Shown here: positions 17,670-29,070 of the stretch, piece after piece
Position numbering within the stretch: the stretch's first letter is position 1
Layout: every line of letters begins with the position of its first letter
DNA from: an uncultured Candidatus Saccharibacteria bacterium
GTDB lineage: Bacteria > Patescibacteriota > Minisyncoccia > Phycocordibacterales > PALSA-1337
Direction of reading: 5' to 3'
Length of the DNA: 64,000 bases
NCBI GenBank assembly: GCA_964412585.1
Contig: CAYPPJ010000006.1
Location: 31 to 64,030, forward strand
Program-made: the position numbers and the translations under genes
Notes under the pieces: generated by a model
Databases searched by the model: none
Told to the model about the DNA's origin: nothing
What the model saw: only the letters and a program-made list of their open reading frames with translations

Positions 17670-20378
17670 CTATTTCTGCCCTACCATCTTTGGCATCACG
17701 ATTGGGCTTTCACCTTTGTGTTTCTTTTTGACCTCAAAGGTAAATTCGGCAGCGCCTCCTTCTTTTGTGTTCTTTGGCATCGGTTTGACACCGACCTCAA
17801 CAGTCCCGCCCTTGGCTACTTCCTGACTAATGAGCAGATTGGCAACCGGTGTAAGTATTTTGGTCTGAATCAGACGCTTGAGTGGACGCGCACCGAACTG
17901 TGGATCATAACCTTCCTTGGCCAAATATTCATACACGGTCGGCAGCAATACGAGATCAATAGACTTTTCAGCCAAACGCTTGACCACCTGATCAACTTGG
18001 ATCTTGACGATGTCCTTTATTGCCTCCGGCGAGAGAATATCGAAAATAATCGTATCATCAACACGATTCAAAAACTCCGGACGGAAATAATCTTTGAGTG
18101 AAGATAGTATTTTATTCTTGGCCTCAATATAGTTTTCCTTGTCTCGATTACCTGAAGTATGCGAGAAGCCAAGTTTCTCCATGCGATCAATATGTTGTGC
18201 GCCAATGTTCGAGGTCATGATGATGACAGTATTGCGGAAATTGACCACACGACCCTTTGAATCAGTGAGACGTCCGTTGTCCAGAACTTGCAGGAGTACG
18301 TTGAAAACTTCTGGATGAGCTTTTTCAATCTCATCAAAGAGAATGACGGCGTACGGACGGTGGCGAACCATCTCAGTGAGACCTCCCGCCTCGTCATAGC
18401 CAACATATCCTGGAGGCGCACCGATGAGTTTCGAGACGGAATGCTTTTCCATGAATTCAGACATGTCGACGCGAATGAGCGACTTTTCGTCATTGAACAA
18501 AAATTCTGCCACAGCTTTGGTAAGCTCAGTCTTTCCGACACCAGTCGGTCCAAGGAAGATAAACGAGCCGATCGGACGGTTCGGGTCAGCGATACCTGCG
18601 CGCGAACGGCGGATGGTATCTGAGATCTTCTTGACGGCTTCATCTTGTCCGACAATACGCTTCTTGAGCTCTTCATCCATGCGGGTCAACTTGTGTGCCT
18701 CAGACTCCAACATGCGCGAAACAGGAATACCCGTCCAACGAGCGACCACGCCAGCGATATCCTCGGCATTGATCTCTTCTTTGAGGATACGGCGGGACGA
18801 CTGAAGTTTTTTGAGACGCTTGCTCTTTTGGTCAAGATCTTTTTCGAGCGCGGGGATAGTGCCATAGCGAATCTCCGCAGCCTTGGAAAGATCGGCACGC
18901 GCCTCAGCCATCTCGGCCTCCACGCGGAGTCCCTCGAGTTCTTTCTTGATGCGCTTGATGTCACCAATAGTTTCTTTTTCATTTGTCCATTTGAGCTCAA
19001 GCTCAGACGTACTTTCTTTGAGATCCGCGATCTCCTTTTCTATCTTGGCCATGCGTGCCTTGGCAACTTTGTCAGTCTCCTTCTTGAGAGCTTCGCGCTC
19101 TATTTCTAGACGCATAATCTTGCGGCGCGTCTCTTCCAATGCTGGTGGCATATTTTCGAGCGAAATGCGCAATGAAGAAGCGGCCTCATCTACGAGGTCG
19201 ACAACTTTGTCTGGTAGGAATCGATCGGTGATGTAGCGGCTCGCCAAGGTTACAGCAGCGACAATCGCGTCATCAGTGATGCGAACGCCGTGGAACAGCT
19301 CATATTTTTCTTTGATGCCACGGAGAATAGCGATGGCATCTTCGACTGATGGTTCGTTGACGAACACCGGCTGGAAGCGACGGGTAAGCGCAGGATCTTT
19401 TTCGATATGTTTCTGATACTCCTTGAGTGTCGTAGCACCAATTGCGCGAAGTTCACCGCGTGCGAGTGCAGGTTTCATCATGTTTGAAGCATCCATTGAG
19501 CCTTCTGAGGCACCAGCACCAACAAGTGTGTGCATCTCGTCAATAAAGAGAATGATCTTGCCATCTGCTTTCTCAACTTCTTTCAAAATGTTTTTGAGAC
19601 GCTCTTCGAACTCACCACGATACTTTGTACCGGCAATGAGCGAACCAAGATCGAGCGAGACCAATTCCTTGTCTTTGAGCGACTCAGGAATATCGCCTTG
19701 TGCCATACGAAGTGCCAAACCTTCAGCAATAGCGGTCTTTCCTACTCCCGCTTCACCAATGAGGATCGGGTTGTTTTTGGTACGACGTGAGAGGATCTGG
19801 ATAATGCGCATGATCTCACTGTCGCGACCAATAACAGGATCGAGTTTGTTTTCTTTGGCAAGTTTGGTGAGTGAACGCGCGTACTTGTAGAGCGTGCGGA
19901 ACTTTTTTGGCTCCGACTCCTGTGATGGCGGATTTTTCTTGAGCTCCTCGATGATCTTGATAACTGCATCACGCTCTATTTTGAAGCGGGACAGAATATC
20001 GCGAGCAACACATGGTACGTCGAATATGGATAGAAAAATGTGTTCGGTCGAAATAAACTCTTCCTTCATGGTTGAAACCACGCGGAGTGAGTTGTCGAGA
20101 ATCTGTGCAAGATCAGGGGTCAGGTAGATCTGATAGGACGGGGAAAGGACGTTTGAGCCATCTGGCGACTCGATGTGTTCAAGAACAACGTCAGTGAGAA
20201 CTGCGGTATCGACTTCCATTTTATCCAAAATCGAGGTTACCATGCTCTCTTCCTGGAGGATGAGGGCGCACAAAAGATGCACAGGATTGACATGGTTTTG
20301 GCCACGTTCTATGGCCAATTCATGGGCTCTGCGCAAGGCTTCTCGGGCTTTTGTAGTGAGTTTATTCAGAGGAGGCAT
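17670..20378 (-). CDS. clpB: ATP-dependent chaperone ClpB
   Basis: Clp N-domain, two AAA+ modules ([16 protein letters not shown]), coiled-coil middle domain, GAPPGYVGY. Confidence 0.95.
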   Translation of the reverse strand: MPPLNKLTTKAREALRRAHELAIERGQNHVNPVHLLCALILQEESMVTSILDKMEVDTAVLTDVVLEHIESPDGSNVLSPSYQIYLTPDLAQILDNSLRVVSTMKEEFISTEHIFLSIFDVPCVARDILSRFKIERDAVIKIIEELKKNPPSQESEPKKFRTLYKYARSLTKLAKENKLDPVIGRDSEIMRIIQILSRRTKNNPILIGEAGVGKTAIAEGLALRMAQGDIPESLKDKELVSLDLGSLIAGTKYRGEFEERLKNILKEVEKADGKIILFIDEMHTLVGAGASEGSMDASNMMKPALARGELRAIGATTLKEYQKHIEKDPALTRRFQPVFVNEPSVEDAIAILRGIKEKYELFHGVRITDDAIVAAVTLASRYITDRFLPDKVVDLVDEAASSLRISLENMPPALEETRRKIMRLEIEREALKKETDKVAKARMAKIEKEIADLKESTSELELKWTNEKETIGDIKRIKKELEGLRVEAEMAEARADLSKAAEIRYGTIPALEKDLDQKSKRLKKLQSSRRILKEEINAEDIAGVVARWTGIPVSRMLESEAHKLTRMDEELKKRIVGQDEAVKKISDTIRRSRAGIADPNRPIGSFIFLGPTGVGKTELTKAVAEFLFNDEKSLIRVDMSEFMEKHSVSKLIGAPPGYVGYDEAGGLTEMVRHRPYAVILFDEIEKAHPEVFNVLLQVLDNGRLTDSKGRVVNFRNTVIIMTSNIGAQHIDRMEKLGFSHTSGNRDKENYIEAKNKILSSLKDYFRPEFLNRVDDTIIFDILSPEAIKDIVKIQVDQVVKRLAEKSIDLVLLPTVYEYLAKEGYDPQFGARPLKRLIQTKILTPVANLLISQEVAKGGTVEVGVKPMPKNTKEGGAAEFTFEVKKKHKGESPIVMPKMVGQK

Positions 20379-20465
20379 ACGGGGTTATAGTACTATGAAA
20401 ATAGCCACAAGGTCAAATATGACCCTATTTACAAGTTAGCTGGAACTGGCGTCTAGATTTATTAT

Positions 20466-22751
20466 TTACTTTGCTACCTTCACCGCTTCATCAAACTGGA
20501 TCGAGAGTAGTCGTGATGCTCCATCAGAACCCATGGTAACTCCATACAAAACTCCAGCACGCGACATGGTCTCGCGGTTGTGTGTAATCAGAATCAACTG
20601 GGATTGTTTTGAAAGATTTTCAATCATATCTCCATACTTCTTTGAGTTCGCCTCATCAAGTGCCGCGTCAGTTTCATCAAGGATAATAAATGGTGGTGGA
20701 TTGACTTGGGAGACAGCAAAAAGAAGTGCGATAGATGTCAGCGCTCGTTCACCACCAGAGAGCATCATCAAACCCTTCACTTTCTTGCGGGGCAGGCTGA
20801 CATTAACCTCCAATCCTTCTGGACCCTCTTCAGTACCTGATTCTCCGGACATGTCGCCCTCCGTACTCCCTGCTCCGTACTCCGTACTTCCTGCACTCAA
20901 CGCATCACTCAAATCTTCCACATCACTCTTCTTTCGGCGCTTCACTTCTTTGACCACGGTAAGCTCAGCTTTACCGCCACCAAACATCAATGAAAAATAT
21001 TTCTGGAACTCCGTGTTTATTTTGAGAATGCCACTTTTGAATTCATAATCGATACGCACATCGAGATCAGCGATGAGGGCGAGCAATTCTTTCTTTGCCT
21101 TATCCAAATCCTCGAGCTCACGCGCCAAAAATGCATCACGCTCCTCGGTCTCTTTGTATTCCTTCATGACTTCCTGACCACCAGCAGCACCCGAGTCTTC
21201 GAGACGGATCTTGATCTTCTCGATCTGCTTGCGACACTGCTCCTGTGCCTCTCGAGTACGTTCGTGAACTTTCGGCAGATCATAGGTCACCGCATCCCTT
21301 CCTACCATGATGCCTGCCTCACCCAGTTCGCGCTTGAACGCTTCTTCTTCGTGCGAAATAGAATTGAGCGCCACAGTCAGATTGCCCACCACATGTCGAA
21401 CTTCATTTTGACGCGCAATGATACGAAAGACATCCTTTTCCGCATCTCGATTTGTATCTTTTTCACGTTCGATAGTCTGCTTGAGTTCAGCATACTCCTG
21501 AACATATTTGGCTTCCTTTTCAGAAAAATCAGCCAGTTTCGACTCAAGATGAGAACGTTCCTTTGAAAGCTTCGTAATCTCTTGTTCCATATCACTGATC
21601 AGCGCAGAATCAGTATTGGAGCGATGGCGAGCCACAAAACCTTTCAGTGCCGCTATCACCTCATTGAATAGGCGCTTCACATCATCGATAGTTCCGAATG
21701 ATTCAACTGTACGTATGACCTCTTCAACATCTTTGAGATAAACCGTACGAGACTCTTCACTCTTGAGGCGTGACTCTTCTTTTTCGATCGCCCTCTTGTT
21801 GGCTGAAATTTCACCTTCAATGCGACCGAGTTCGCGACCGATAGTATCTTTCTCCGCTCGCGTCTGTGCCAGTTTGCCTTCAAGTGCAATAACTTCATCA
21901 CTCTTCCTATCTTTATTTTTTGAATCAACCAGTATTTTCTTGGCGCGCTCGAGTTCACGTTCCAACTCAACCAACTCTTTTTTGGGACCAGAAATCTCCG
22001 CGTTCATGCGGTCTTTTTCGGTACGTATATAAATATCCTCGTGCGCAAAATAGTCCTTGTACAACGCGACAAGTTCCCTGCGCATCTCTTCTGCTTTTTC
22101 TACCTTCTCAACCTGTTTCTTCAAAAAGCGTAAGTGTGGGGCAATCTCGCGTCGTAGTGATGCAACACGCTCCATGTTCTCATCGGTACGTTCGAGCTTG
22201 CGGATGCTTTCCAACTTCTTCCACTGATAGATCTTGAGACCGAGTGCATCCTCGATCATTTCGCGTCGCTCACGAATCGATGCGGAAAGGATACGATCTG
22301 CTTCTCCTTGGGAAATAATATGATGACCTGTCGCACCAATATGTGCAGTGGCGAGTAACTCAACAATATCTTTGAGACGAACCTGGGAACCATTCAGAAA
22401 ATATTCATTGGTGTTATCGCGGTGGACGACACGCTCGATCGAGACCTCATCAAAGTCGATACCCTGGAATAGTTTCTGTGTATTATCAAAAACGAGTTTG
22501 ACGCTGGCACGATTTGCCCTACTCGCCGCTGCCGGACCATCCCCACCACCGTTCCAGATCATGTCTTCTCCACGCTTGCCACGCAGAGACTTGATTGACT
22601 GTTCACCCAACACAAAACGAAAGGCTTCGGCAGTGTTCGATTTACCCGAGCCATTGGGACCCACCACACCGGTAATAGGAGTATTGAATGTCAAAGAAGC
22701 CTTCTTTGCGAAGGATTTGAAACCGGCGAGTTCGAGGCTCTTCAGATACAT
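20466..22751 (-). CDS. smc: Chromosome segregation SMC ATPase (short, 761 aa)
   Basis: GFKSFA, GPNGSGKSN, IISQG, LSGGE, LDETDAALDEAN, ITH. Confidence 0.9.
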   Translation of the reverse strand: MYLKSLELAGFKSFAKKASLTFNTPITGVVGPNGSGKSNTAEAFRFVLGEQSIKSLRGKRGEDMIWNGGGDGPAAASRANRASVKLVFDNTQKLFQGIDFDEVSIERVVHRDNTNEYFLNGSQVRLKDIVELLATAHIGATGHHIISQGEADRILSASIRERREMIEDALGLKIYQWKKLESIRKLERTDENMERVASLRREIAPHLRFLKKQVEKVEKAEEMRRELVALYKDYFAHEDIYIRTEKDRMNAEISGPKKELVELERELERAKKILVDSKNKDRKSDEVIALEGKLAQTRAEKDTIGRELGRIEGEISANKRAIEKEESRLKSEESRTVYLKDVEEVIRTVESFGTIDDVKRLFNEVIAALKGFVARHRSNTDSALISDMEQEITKLSKERSHLESKLADFSEKEAKYVQEYAELKQTIEREKDTNRDAEKDVFRIIARQNEVRHVVGNLTVALNSISHEEEAFKRELGEAGIMVGRDAVTYDLPKVHERTREAQEQCRKQIEKIKIRLEDSGAAGGQEVMKEYKETEERDAFLARELEDLDKAKKELLALIADLDVRIDYEFKSGILKINTEFQKYFSLMFGGGKAELTVVKEVKRRKKSDVEDLSDALSAGSTEYGAGSTEGDMSGESGTEEGPEGLEVNVSLPRKKVKGLMMLSGGERALTSIALLFAVSQVNPPPFIILDETDAALDEANSKKYGDMIENLSKQSQLILITHNRETMSRAGVLYGVTMGSDGASRLLSIQFDEAVKVAK

Positions 22752-22952
22752 GGTATGCGCCTTCTATTATAGCGATAAGCGAGGATTTATAAAAGTTGGC
22801 TTTTAGGAAGCAGCCGCACATGTGTGCACATGACCGCCGTTTATTGACTAATTTGCAAAAAGTTGTAGTGTGACAACTAGGGTCCTTTGACATTTGCCAA
22901 GGACATATACAAAGGAATGCGGGAAACATAACAAACAACCTACGAGGTTAAT

Positions 22953-24029
22953 ATGCAAAGTAATAAGAAAAGCTGCGCAGTCCGCGTTGCGTGCCTGCTC
23001 ATGGTACTATTCGCACTGGTCATCTGTCTCTTCATGAGCAGTGAAGTCGGGCTCGAGAATTTCATTGAACATCTCTGGCCAAACGGATATTTGTACGAGT
23101 GGTGGATCGTGGCGGCCGTGATTGTGATTTTTGCCGCCGGTACCATCTGGGCGTTCCGCCCATTATGGACGGAAAAACGACGTCGAAACGACCCGGTTTC
23201 ACGTGTTTCGACATGTGCAATCATTGCGGTACTCTCATCCGCCATGGTCATGATGCCGGTATATGCGACCCCTTCGGCCGATGCTTCAGTCATAGATTAC
23301 AGCTTCCAATATGAACTCTATGGGTACCTGCCCGAGGGTTTGCCCCTCAATGGGGTGGGCTCGCCCAGTGCCCTGCTCTATGGGCCGACCGATGAACATA
23401 ATCTGACTGTTGTATGTGCCGTCGTAGTGGTCGTGACGGTAACGGTCGTTGCCGGAGTCGCCTATGTGACCTACAAGATTATCAAAGCCTGCGATGGCAT
23501 CAGCAAGAAAAAGAAGAAGCAGTTGGAGGACAACGATCCTGATGGGGGCACAAACACATCATCTACGGTCTCGGCATCATTTGTCATTGGATATGTCCCG
23601 CCAACGACAGCCGACAATGCCAACTGCGACTGCGCACAGCCGCCATTCAATTTCAACTTTGGTGGCGCATCCGCAGTCGCGACGAATCTCTCAGCATACG
23701 TCCCTGACCAAGAAAAGGCAGCAGATCTCGACTCATATTTGACACGGAAAGGGCTTTCAACAAACCGGGTTGGTAGCAGTTTCTCCATAGGCAATCAGAC
23801 GGTAGATTCTCTGGCAGGCCTACCGGTTCAAGTTGCTTACCACAACGGAGTCATCGTCGTATCAATTGATGGCAAAACAAACACTGCTACAACCACAATT
23901 GAATACTCGAGTGACCTCACAAGCTGGCGCACACTCGGCGCCATATCAGTACCTGTCGGAACTCGTATCAACGTCGGCGATAGCGTTACTGACAGATCCG
24001 GTCCGCAAGGATTCTGGCGAGTACGCTGA
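22953..24029 (+). CDS. Hypothetical membrane protein with C-terminal 'EYSSDL..W...FWRVR' domain
   Basis: Three to four TM segments and a beta-rich C-terminal domain. Own promoter (22844) and terminator (about 24074-24107). Confidence 0.7.
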   Translation: MQSNKKSCAVRVACLLMVLFALVICLFMSSEVGLENFIEHLWPNGYLYEWWIVAAVIVIFAAGTIWAFRPLWTEKRRRNDPVSRVSTCAIIAVLSSAMVMMPVYATPSADASVIDYSFQYELYGYLPEGLPLNGVGSPSALLYGPTDEHNLTVVCAVVVVVTVTVVAGVAYVTYKIIKACDGISKKKKKQLEDNDPDGGTNTSSTVSASFVIGYVPPTTADNANCDCAQPPFNFNFGGASAVATNLSAYVPDQEKAADLDSYLTRKGLSTNRVGSSFSIGNQTVDSLAGLPVQVAYHNGVIVVSIDGKTNTATTTIEYSSDLTSWRTLGAISVPVGTRINVGDSVTDRSGPQGFWRVR

Positions 24030-24111
24030 CCCATTGGGCATGCACACCTTGAGTACTTGGCAAAAATTGGGTAGAGGACGGCTGTCGCGAGGCGGCCGTC
24101 CCTTTTATTAA

Positions 24112-24810
24112 TTACCACCCCTTCACCTCCAGAGCCTTCTCAGCCGCTTGCTGTTCCGCCTCTTGTTTGGACTGCCCCGTCCCAGAAGCAACTTGGACAT
24201 CCTTGAGAAAAACCCCCAGAGTAAACTTTTTATCATGGTCCGGCCCAACTTCCTTGAGTGTCTTATAGGACGGCGTCACTCCTTCTTTTTCTTGTGCTTT
24301 CTCCTGAAAACGGCTTTTGGCATCTATCCACAATTTTTTGCTTATAATCTCCTCAATATCGATAACCTCGAGCACTCGCTCTGAAATAAAATTTGCGGCA
24401 GCATTGTATCCTTGATCCATATAGATAGCGCCGATAACTGCCTCCACGGCATTGGCGAGAATGATCGAACGCGCACGGCCCGTGTCCTTGGCTTCACCTT
24501 TTGAGAGTAAAATGAACTGATTGAGTCCTAGATGTTCAGCAACCTTGATCAAACTCATCGTATTTACTATTGCAGATCGGAATGCTGTAAGCTCGCCTTC
24601 CTGCTTTTTTGGATATTTGCGGAAGAGATAGCTGGTGACCACCAATTCCAACACCGCGTCACCGAGAAATTCGAGACGTTCGTTGTGCTCCAAGCCTGCG
24701 CCTTTATTTTCATTTAAAAAGGAACGGTGCGTGCACGCAGTCCGGAGTGTGGTGATATCGCGGAATTCCACCCCGATTTTTTTTGCTAATTTTTCTATTG
24801 TTTCAATCAT
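24112..24810 (-). CDS. rnc: Ribonuclease III
   Basis: HNERLEFLGDAVL signature and dsRBD (GPDHDKKF). Confidence 0.97.
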   Translation of the reverse strand: MIETIEKLAKKIGVEFRDITTLRTACTHRSFLNENKGAGLEHNERLEFLGDAVLELVVTSYLFRKYPKKQEGELTAFRSAIVNTMSLIKVAEHLGLNQFILLSKGEAKDTGRARSIILANAVEAVIGAIYMDQGYNAAANFISERVLEVIDIEEIISKKLWIDAKSRFQEKAQEKEGVTPSYKTLKEVGPDHDKKFTLGVFLKDVQVASGTGQSKQEAEQQAAEKALEVKGW

Positions 24811-24832
24811 GGGATGAAAACACTCTCACTTT

Positions 24833-25732
24833 CTATTTTCCCTCACTGACAATCTGAACGGCTTTGGTAACAATCGGTAGAATATCGTTATAAAAATTGA
24901 GTTCGAGGATATCGGCAAGCTTGAACCATTTTGCATCATCAAGGCCTGGCTTCTTTGCCAACTGCAGTTCCGTAAACTTCGACTCTGCGAGATAATAATG
25001 AACCTGTTTGCGAATCTTGCCAATTTCAGGATCGTTGGCAATGTATTCATTCTGACCGAGATCAGCAATAATCTTCACATCCAAACCAATCTCTTCTTTC
25101 ACCTTGTTGATAGTCCCCTGATCAGGCTCAATGCCTTCGGGAATCTTTCCTTTCGACAACGTCCAGTGACCAAACACATCATGAACAAAGGCGAAATAGA
25201 CTTGGTCACCATCCCATCCGTAGACAACTGCGCCACCAAGATGCTGGATTGGCATCTGTTCGTACGGCACATCAACTTTCTTTTTCTTTGCAGGCTGTGC
25301 ATCCTTGCCCGGTTCACCGAGCTCCTTGTAGACAGCACCGAGCACACCGTTGACAAAGCGACCACTGGTCTCACCGCCAAATGTTTTGGCGAGCTCGATA
25401 GATTCGTTGATAGCGACTTTTGCAGGAACTTCTGAACGATCTGAGAAAAGAAGCTCGTAGAGTCCGAGGCGTAGTACATTGCGATCTACGGGAGAAATCT
25501 TGTCGAGTGGCCAATCTGGCGCAGCCTTGGTAATGATGTCGTTGAGATCTTGTTTCTTCGCCAAAATACCCTTCAACAGAACCTCCATGAAGGAAATATC
25601 AGTTACGCCTGGAGCAAACTCCTTTGCATTGCGTGCGACAATAGTACTCGCGGTCTCATCATGTTGACCACGAGCATCCCACTCGAAGAGGGACTGTAAG
25701 ACGACTGAACGTGATAAGTGTCTATTGGCCAT
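24833..25732 (-). CDS. nusB: Transcription antitermination factor NusB fused to a C-terminal NUDIX-like domain
   Basis: DRNVLRLG, VAINESIELAK, FVNGVLG; C-terminal WTLSKGK...EEIGL NUDIX-like box. Confidence 0.92.
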   Translation of the reverse strand: MANRHLSRSVVLQSLFEWDARGQHDETASTIVARNAKEFAPGVTDISFMEVLLKGILAKKQDLNDIITKAAPDWPLDKISPVDRNVLRLGLYELLFSDRSEVPAKVAINESIELAKTFGGETSGRFVNGVLGAVYKELGEPGKDAQPAKKKKVDVPYEQMPIQHLGGAVVYGWDGDQVYFAFVHDVFGHWTLSKGKIPEGIEPDQGTINKVKEEIGLDVKIIADLGQNEYIANDPEIGKIRKQVHYYLAESKFTELQLAKKPGLDDAKWFKLADILELNFYNDILPIVTKAVQIVSEGK

Positions 25733-25853
25733 GATTTAGATAAAGAACAATTGTATGTACGCTATAGATTTATGATTCAAGATTTAATCCTATATGTATA
25801 ATAGCTTAAACCCTCAATCTTATACCCAGACTCTCAAGTATCAGCGAACCGAA

Positions 25854-26072
25854 CTATTTCTTGGTAGCCTCTGCCTTTTTTGCTTTCTTCGCAACCTTGG
25901 CTGCAAGATTGAGGACCTTGCGACCATTATACCATCCACAGTTCATGCAGAGAGTATGGCTCTTGTGAGCAACACCACAGTTTCCGCACTTTGAAACACG
26001 CCCTGCAGTGAGTGCGTGATGTGAACGGCGGTTGCCGGTGTGACTCCTTGTTGAACGCATGCGTACTACCAT
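25854..26072 (-). CDS. rpmF: 50S ribosomal protein L32
   Basis: RRSHHAL and CxxC...H.LCxxCG.YNGR. Confidence 0.94.
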   Translation of the reverse strand: MVVRMRSTRSHTGNRRSHHALTAGRVSKCGNCGVAHKSHTLCMNCGWYNGRKVLNLAAKVAKKAKKAEATKK

Positions 26073-26310
26073 GGAAAAGAGTATGACATATTCATAGATT
26101 TTTCGCAAATTAATCACTCATCCATGCAGGCTTCAGACATAATTTGCCAATCTGCGTCAAATGCGGTACATTGTTTTGGCAACGCGTGTAAGTATTTCGC
26201 CAACGCGCGCTTGAATTCTTTATCTGTCACGCTTTGCGCCCATATATACATATAGGCGCTTCGCTCGAATGTGATGCGAGTGTAGGAACACTCGCGCCAC
26301 ATTCTCACTC

Positions 26311-26383
26311 GCGCCCATAGCTCAGTTGGTAGAGCAGATCCCTCTTAAGGATAAGGTCGTAGGTTCGATCCCTACTGGGCGCA
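26311..26383 (+). tRNA. tRNA-Lys(CTT)
   Basis: Acceptor GCGCCCA/TGGGCGC, TAGCTCAGTTGGTAGAGC, anticodon loop CTCTTAA, GGTTCGATCCC. Confidence 0.94.
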
Positions 26384-26513
26384 CAATACAAGGACATATA
26401 ATCAGACAGTCCACAATCCCCATCTTGACATGGTTATATACTCATGCTACTTTTCGAAATGGATTTCATACACTGAATTCGACTCCCCAAAACCCCAACC
26501 CCCGTTTGAACTA

Positions 26514-26921
26514 ATGAAAGACAAAATTCTCGTACTCGGCTCCACTAACATTGGCCGTGTAATCGAATCCGCTCTTGGCACCACTTTTGGAGTCACCACA
26601 CTCCCCATCAACAATGGCTTCGACGGTATGCAGGCACGACACATGTTGCTGTCTGAACCGAACATCAGAAAAGTGTTTGTTGTGCCCAACAACGGACAAT
26701 TGTGTGACGGTCTCAAGACGGTTATCGCCGACGCGCAAAAACGCCGCAAGCCCTGCACCGTCCTTGCTGATGCAGGTTGTAGTGCATCAGGATCACTTCG
26801 GGATCAATCCGAACGTGTTGGCGCCAACTTCGTGAGCGGTGACATCGACCGGGAAACTATCGTCGCGCTCGCCACATCGTCAGTTGCTCAGGCATCTCAT
26901 TTGCCCCATGTGACACATTAG
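26514..26921 (+). CDS. Hypothetical protein (Rossmann- or receiver-like alpha/beta)
   Basis: KILVLGSTNIG start; TTGACA-N17-TACTTT promoter at 26425; downstream terminator. Confidence 0.6.
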   Translation: MKDKILVLGSTNIGRVIESALGTTFGVTTLPINNGFDGMQARHMLLSEPNIRKVFVVPNNGQLCDGLKTVIADAQKRRKPCTVLADAGCSASGSLRDQSERVGANFVSGDIDRETIVALATSSVAQASHLPHVTH

Positions 26922-27103
26922 CCGGTCTCACACACTGCACAGTTTTATTGTTCTTTATGATTGGATAGGTAGACCAAGGCTCGCCAGGCACATGTCAGGC
27001 GGGTTTTTTATTTGTATATAAAGACTTGACTATATTATATATGTGAAGTAAAAATACAACTGAATTTAATGATAGTCATGGAGTTCACAACCGAAAGGCA
27101 CAC

Positions 27104-27832
27104 ATGAATCCCCAGCACCCCACGGAGCTTCATGTTGGAGCTCCGTACATGGATATTATCCCGACCGCTGATGGAGGGTTTCTCTTCACTTGGTCGGGAC
27201 CGCATCTGTATCAAGAAGTTTTCTTGAGCATGCACACAACGTTCCTGCAATGCGAACGAGGAATGTTCATCAGACTCAGCACACCAGCTTCACAGGGTAC
27301 TATCCGTATTGATCGAACCCTGTCCAAGCTTGTTGCACAATACGGCACCATTGAAATGCTCCACATTACCGTCATTGCAGGAGCAACGGTTGCGAATATA
27401 TCAATGTTCTACCAGAACCTTGATCGTTACCGTGCGCATTTGTTTACCTACGAAATGGCTGGCCTCAAGCAGCGTATGGGTGAACAGGCACGCGTGTTTT
27501 ACGAAACCTACCTTGAACCTCCAAAAGTTAAGACCGCAACAACGGTAACTACTAATGGACACGGTGATACTCGAGCGTCTCTCATGAGGTGCCTTTTGGC
27601 CAACATGGCATTCATCGGGATACTTCTCGGCTGGTCGTTGCGAAACCATCACTTACTAAAGCAGCCCGAACAACGAAAGCGAGCACTCCGCAGAGTTGCT
27701 CGATTACGGCGATCTCGCAAGAAGCCAACATCAGCCGCAAAACTAGGCAAACTGGTGGCTTCTCGACGAAAAGCTCTTCGCAAAAAAACACCTCAAAAAC
27801 GTCGTCCGCTACTCGCTATGCGTACCACATAA
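27104..27832 (+). CDS. Hypothetical protein with TM segment and Arg/Lys-rich C-terminal tail
   Basis: 242-aa ORF with own promoter (27026) and terminator (27835-27859). Confidence 0.65.
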   Translation: MNPQHPTELHVGAPYMDIIPTADGGFLFTWSGPHLYQEVFLSMHTTFLQCERGMFIRLSTPASQGTIRIDRTLSKLVAQYGTIEMLHITVIAGATVANISMFYQNLDRYRAHLFTYEMAGLKQRMGEQARVFYETYLEPPKVKTATTVTTNGHGDTRASLMRCLLANMAFIGILLGWSLRNHHLLKQPEQRKRALRRVARLRRSRKKPTSAAKLGKLVASRRKALRKKTPQKRRPLLAMRTT

Positions 27833-28008
27833 GCAGACCCTCCACCGAGGGTCTTTTTTATACTTGACAGAATACTTTAAATATGCTAGTATATAACAAA
27901 AGTTTAACATTGCTGTTTGAATCTCTATACAAACCGTAGAGAGACAGCAACATTCATATGGCAGTAATGCCACGTTGAGTGCAACCCGCACATTCGGAGC
28001 CACATACC

Positions 28009-28806
28009 ATGAAAAAGATCCAACCGGCCGGAAAGGCCGAAACCAAACCCACTCGCCGCAGTCGCAAAGTAGTTGCAAAGGCATCCTCGACCCGTCGTCC
28101 CTCGAAAGAAAAAACGGAAAAAACGACGCCAGAGTTCCCTGCTTACGACGAAGATGCGTGGAAGTGGATGGCGGAGCAGTCAATCCCTGGAGCTTACTCG
28201 CCGATTATGTACATCGGCGTGGAAGTTTCCCACCAGATCTCGGCAATTCTCGGTCGTCCGATGACGCTCGAGGAAGCCCAGTACTTGGTGAAGATTGATG
28301 GCGACTTCGTTAAATGCGCCTATACGGGAACTGAGTTCCAGCCCGTCGAGTACGTCTTCCGGGTCCCCCCGGGACTCAAGGATAAGCTCGCCGCAGGGGC
28401 AAAGTTGACAGAAGTCGAACTCGTAACTGGGGGCGCCTTCTACTTCAACAAAGGCAAGGGTGAAATGATGCCGTTGAGCGGGTCGGTCTTCGAGTATGAT
28501 CGCCGAGCGCAAGCCTACCGCTGGTGCATGTCCAGTCCGCTGGTCATTGCCGCCAACGAGGCACGAAAGATTACCGGCCACATGAAGTGGGGCGCGCCCT
28601 CACATCAGATCAGCAAAATCATGAATGCACGGCAGGAAAACCGTGAGCGTCATGAAAAGATTGCCGGACTGATGAATGAGGTGTTTGCACCTCGCCGCGA
28701 CAGCCGCTTCGGCATCGGGAAGGAAGCCAAGGGAGAGCTGGGCAAGCTCAAGCTCCGTCATCGTAATGGTCGCCGGCAACGGCACCATGAAGTCACGGAG
28801 GACTAA
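28009..28806 (+). CDS. Hypothetical protein with basic N- and C-termini
   Basis: ORF with TTGACA-N17-TAGTAT promoter (27864) and downstream hairpin. Confidence 0.7.
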   Translation: MKKIQPAGKAETKPTRRSRKVVAKASSTRRPSKEKTEKTTPEFPAYDEDAWKWMAEQSIPGAYSPIMYIGVEVSHQISAILGRPMTLEEAQYLVKIDGDFVKCAYTGTEFQPVEYVFRVPPGLKDKLAAGAKLTEVELVTGGAFYFNKGKGEMMPLSGSVFEYDRRAQAYRWCMSSPLVIAANEARKITGHMKWGAPSHQISKIMNARQENRERHEKIAGLMNEVFAPRRDSRFGIGKEAKGELGKLKLRHRNGRRQRHHEVTED

Positions 28807-29070
28807 ACGCTTCGAAACCTTGTGAATTAAGGTACAAATAGAATAACCCAGCTCCAGATGAATCACCGTCTGGAGCTAAACCTTTTATACTGAAGAACCT
28901 ATATTCTTAGCCCTCCTTTTTATATAAATATTTTATGATAATAGGCTTGACAAACCTATTGAATATGTTATAATTGTAAACGTACCTGAAGACTTGATTG
29001 AAACGACTTTTGAAAACAAACCCTTGCCTGAAGACTTAGAGCTTTAGGCAGCATCCCAGAAAGAAAAAAC

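Noticed and set aside
26114-26308. 64-aa minus-strand ORF between rpmF and tRNA-Lys
   Set aside because: No motif, RBS or clear promoter; cannot be supported from sequence alone.
26311-26383. G-A mismatch at the top of the tRNA-Lys anticodon stem as a pseudogene sign
   Set aside because: Single 27-43 mismatches are tolerated and the rest of the cloverleaf is canonical.
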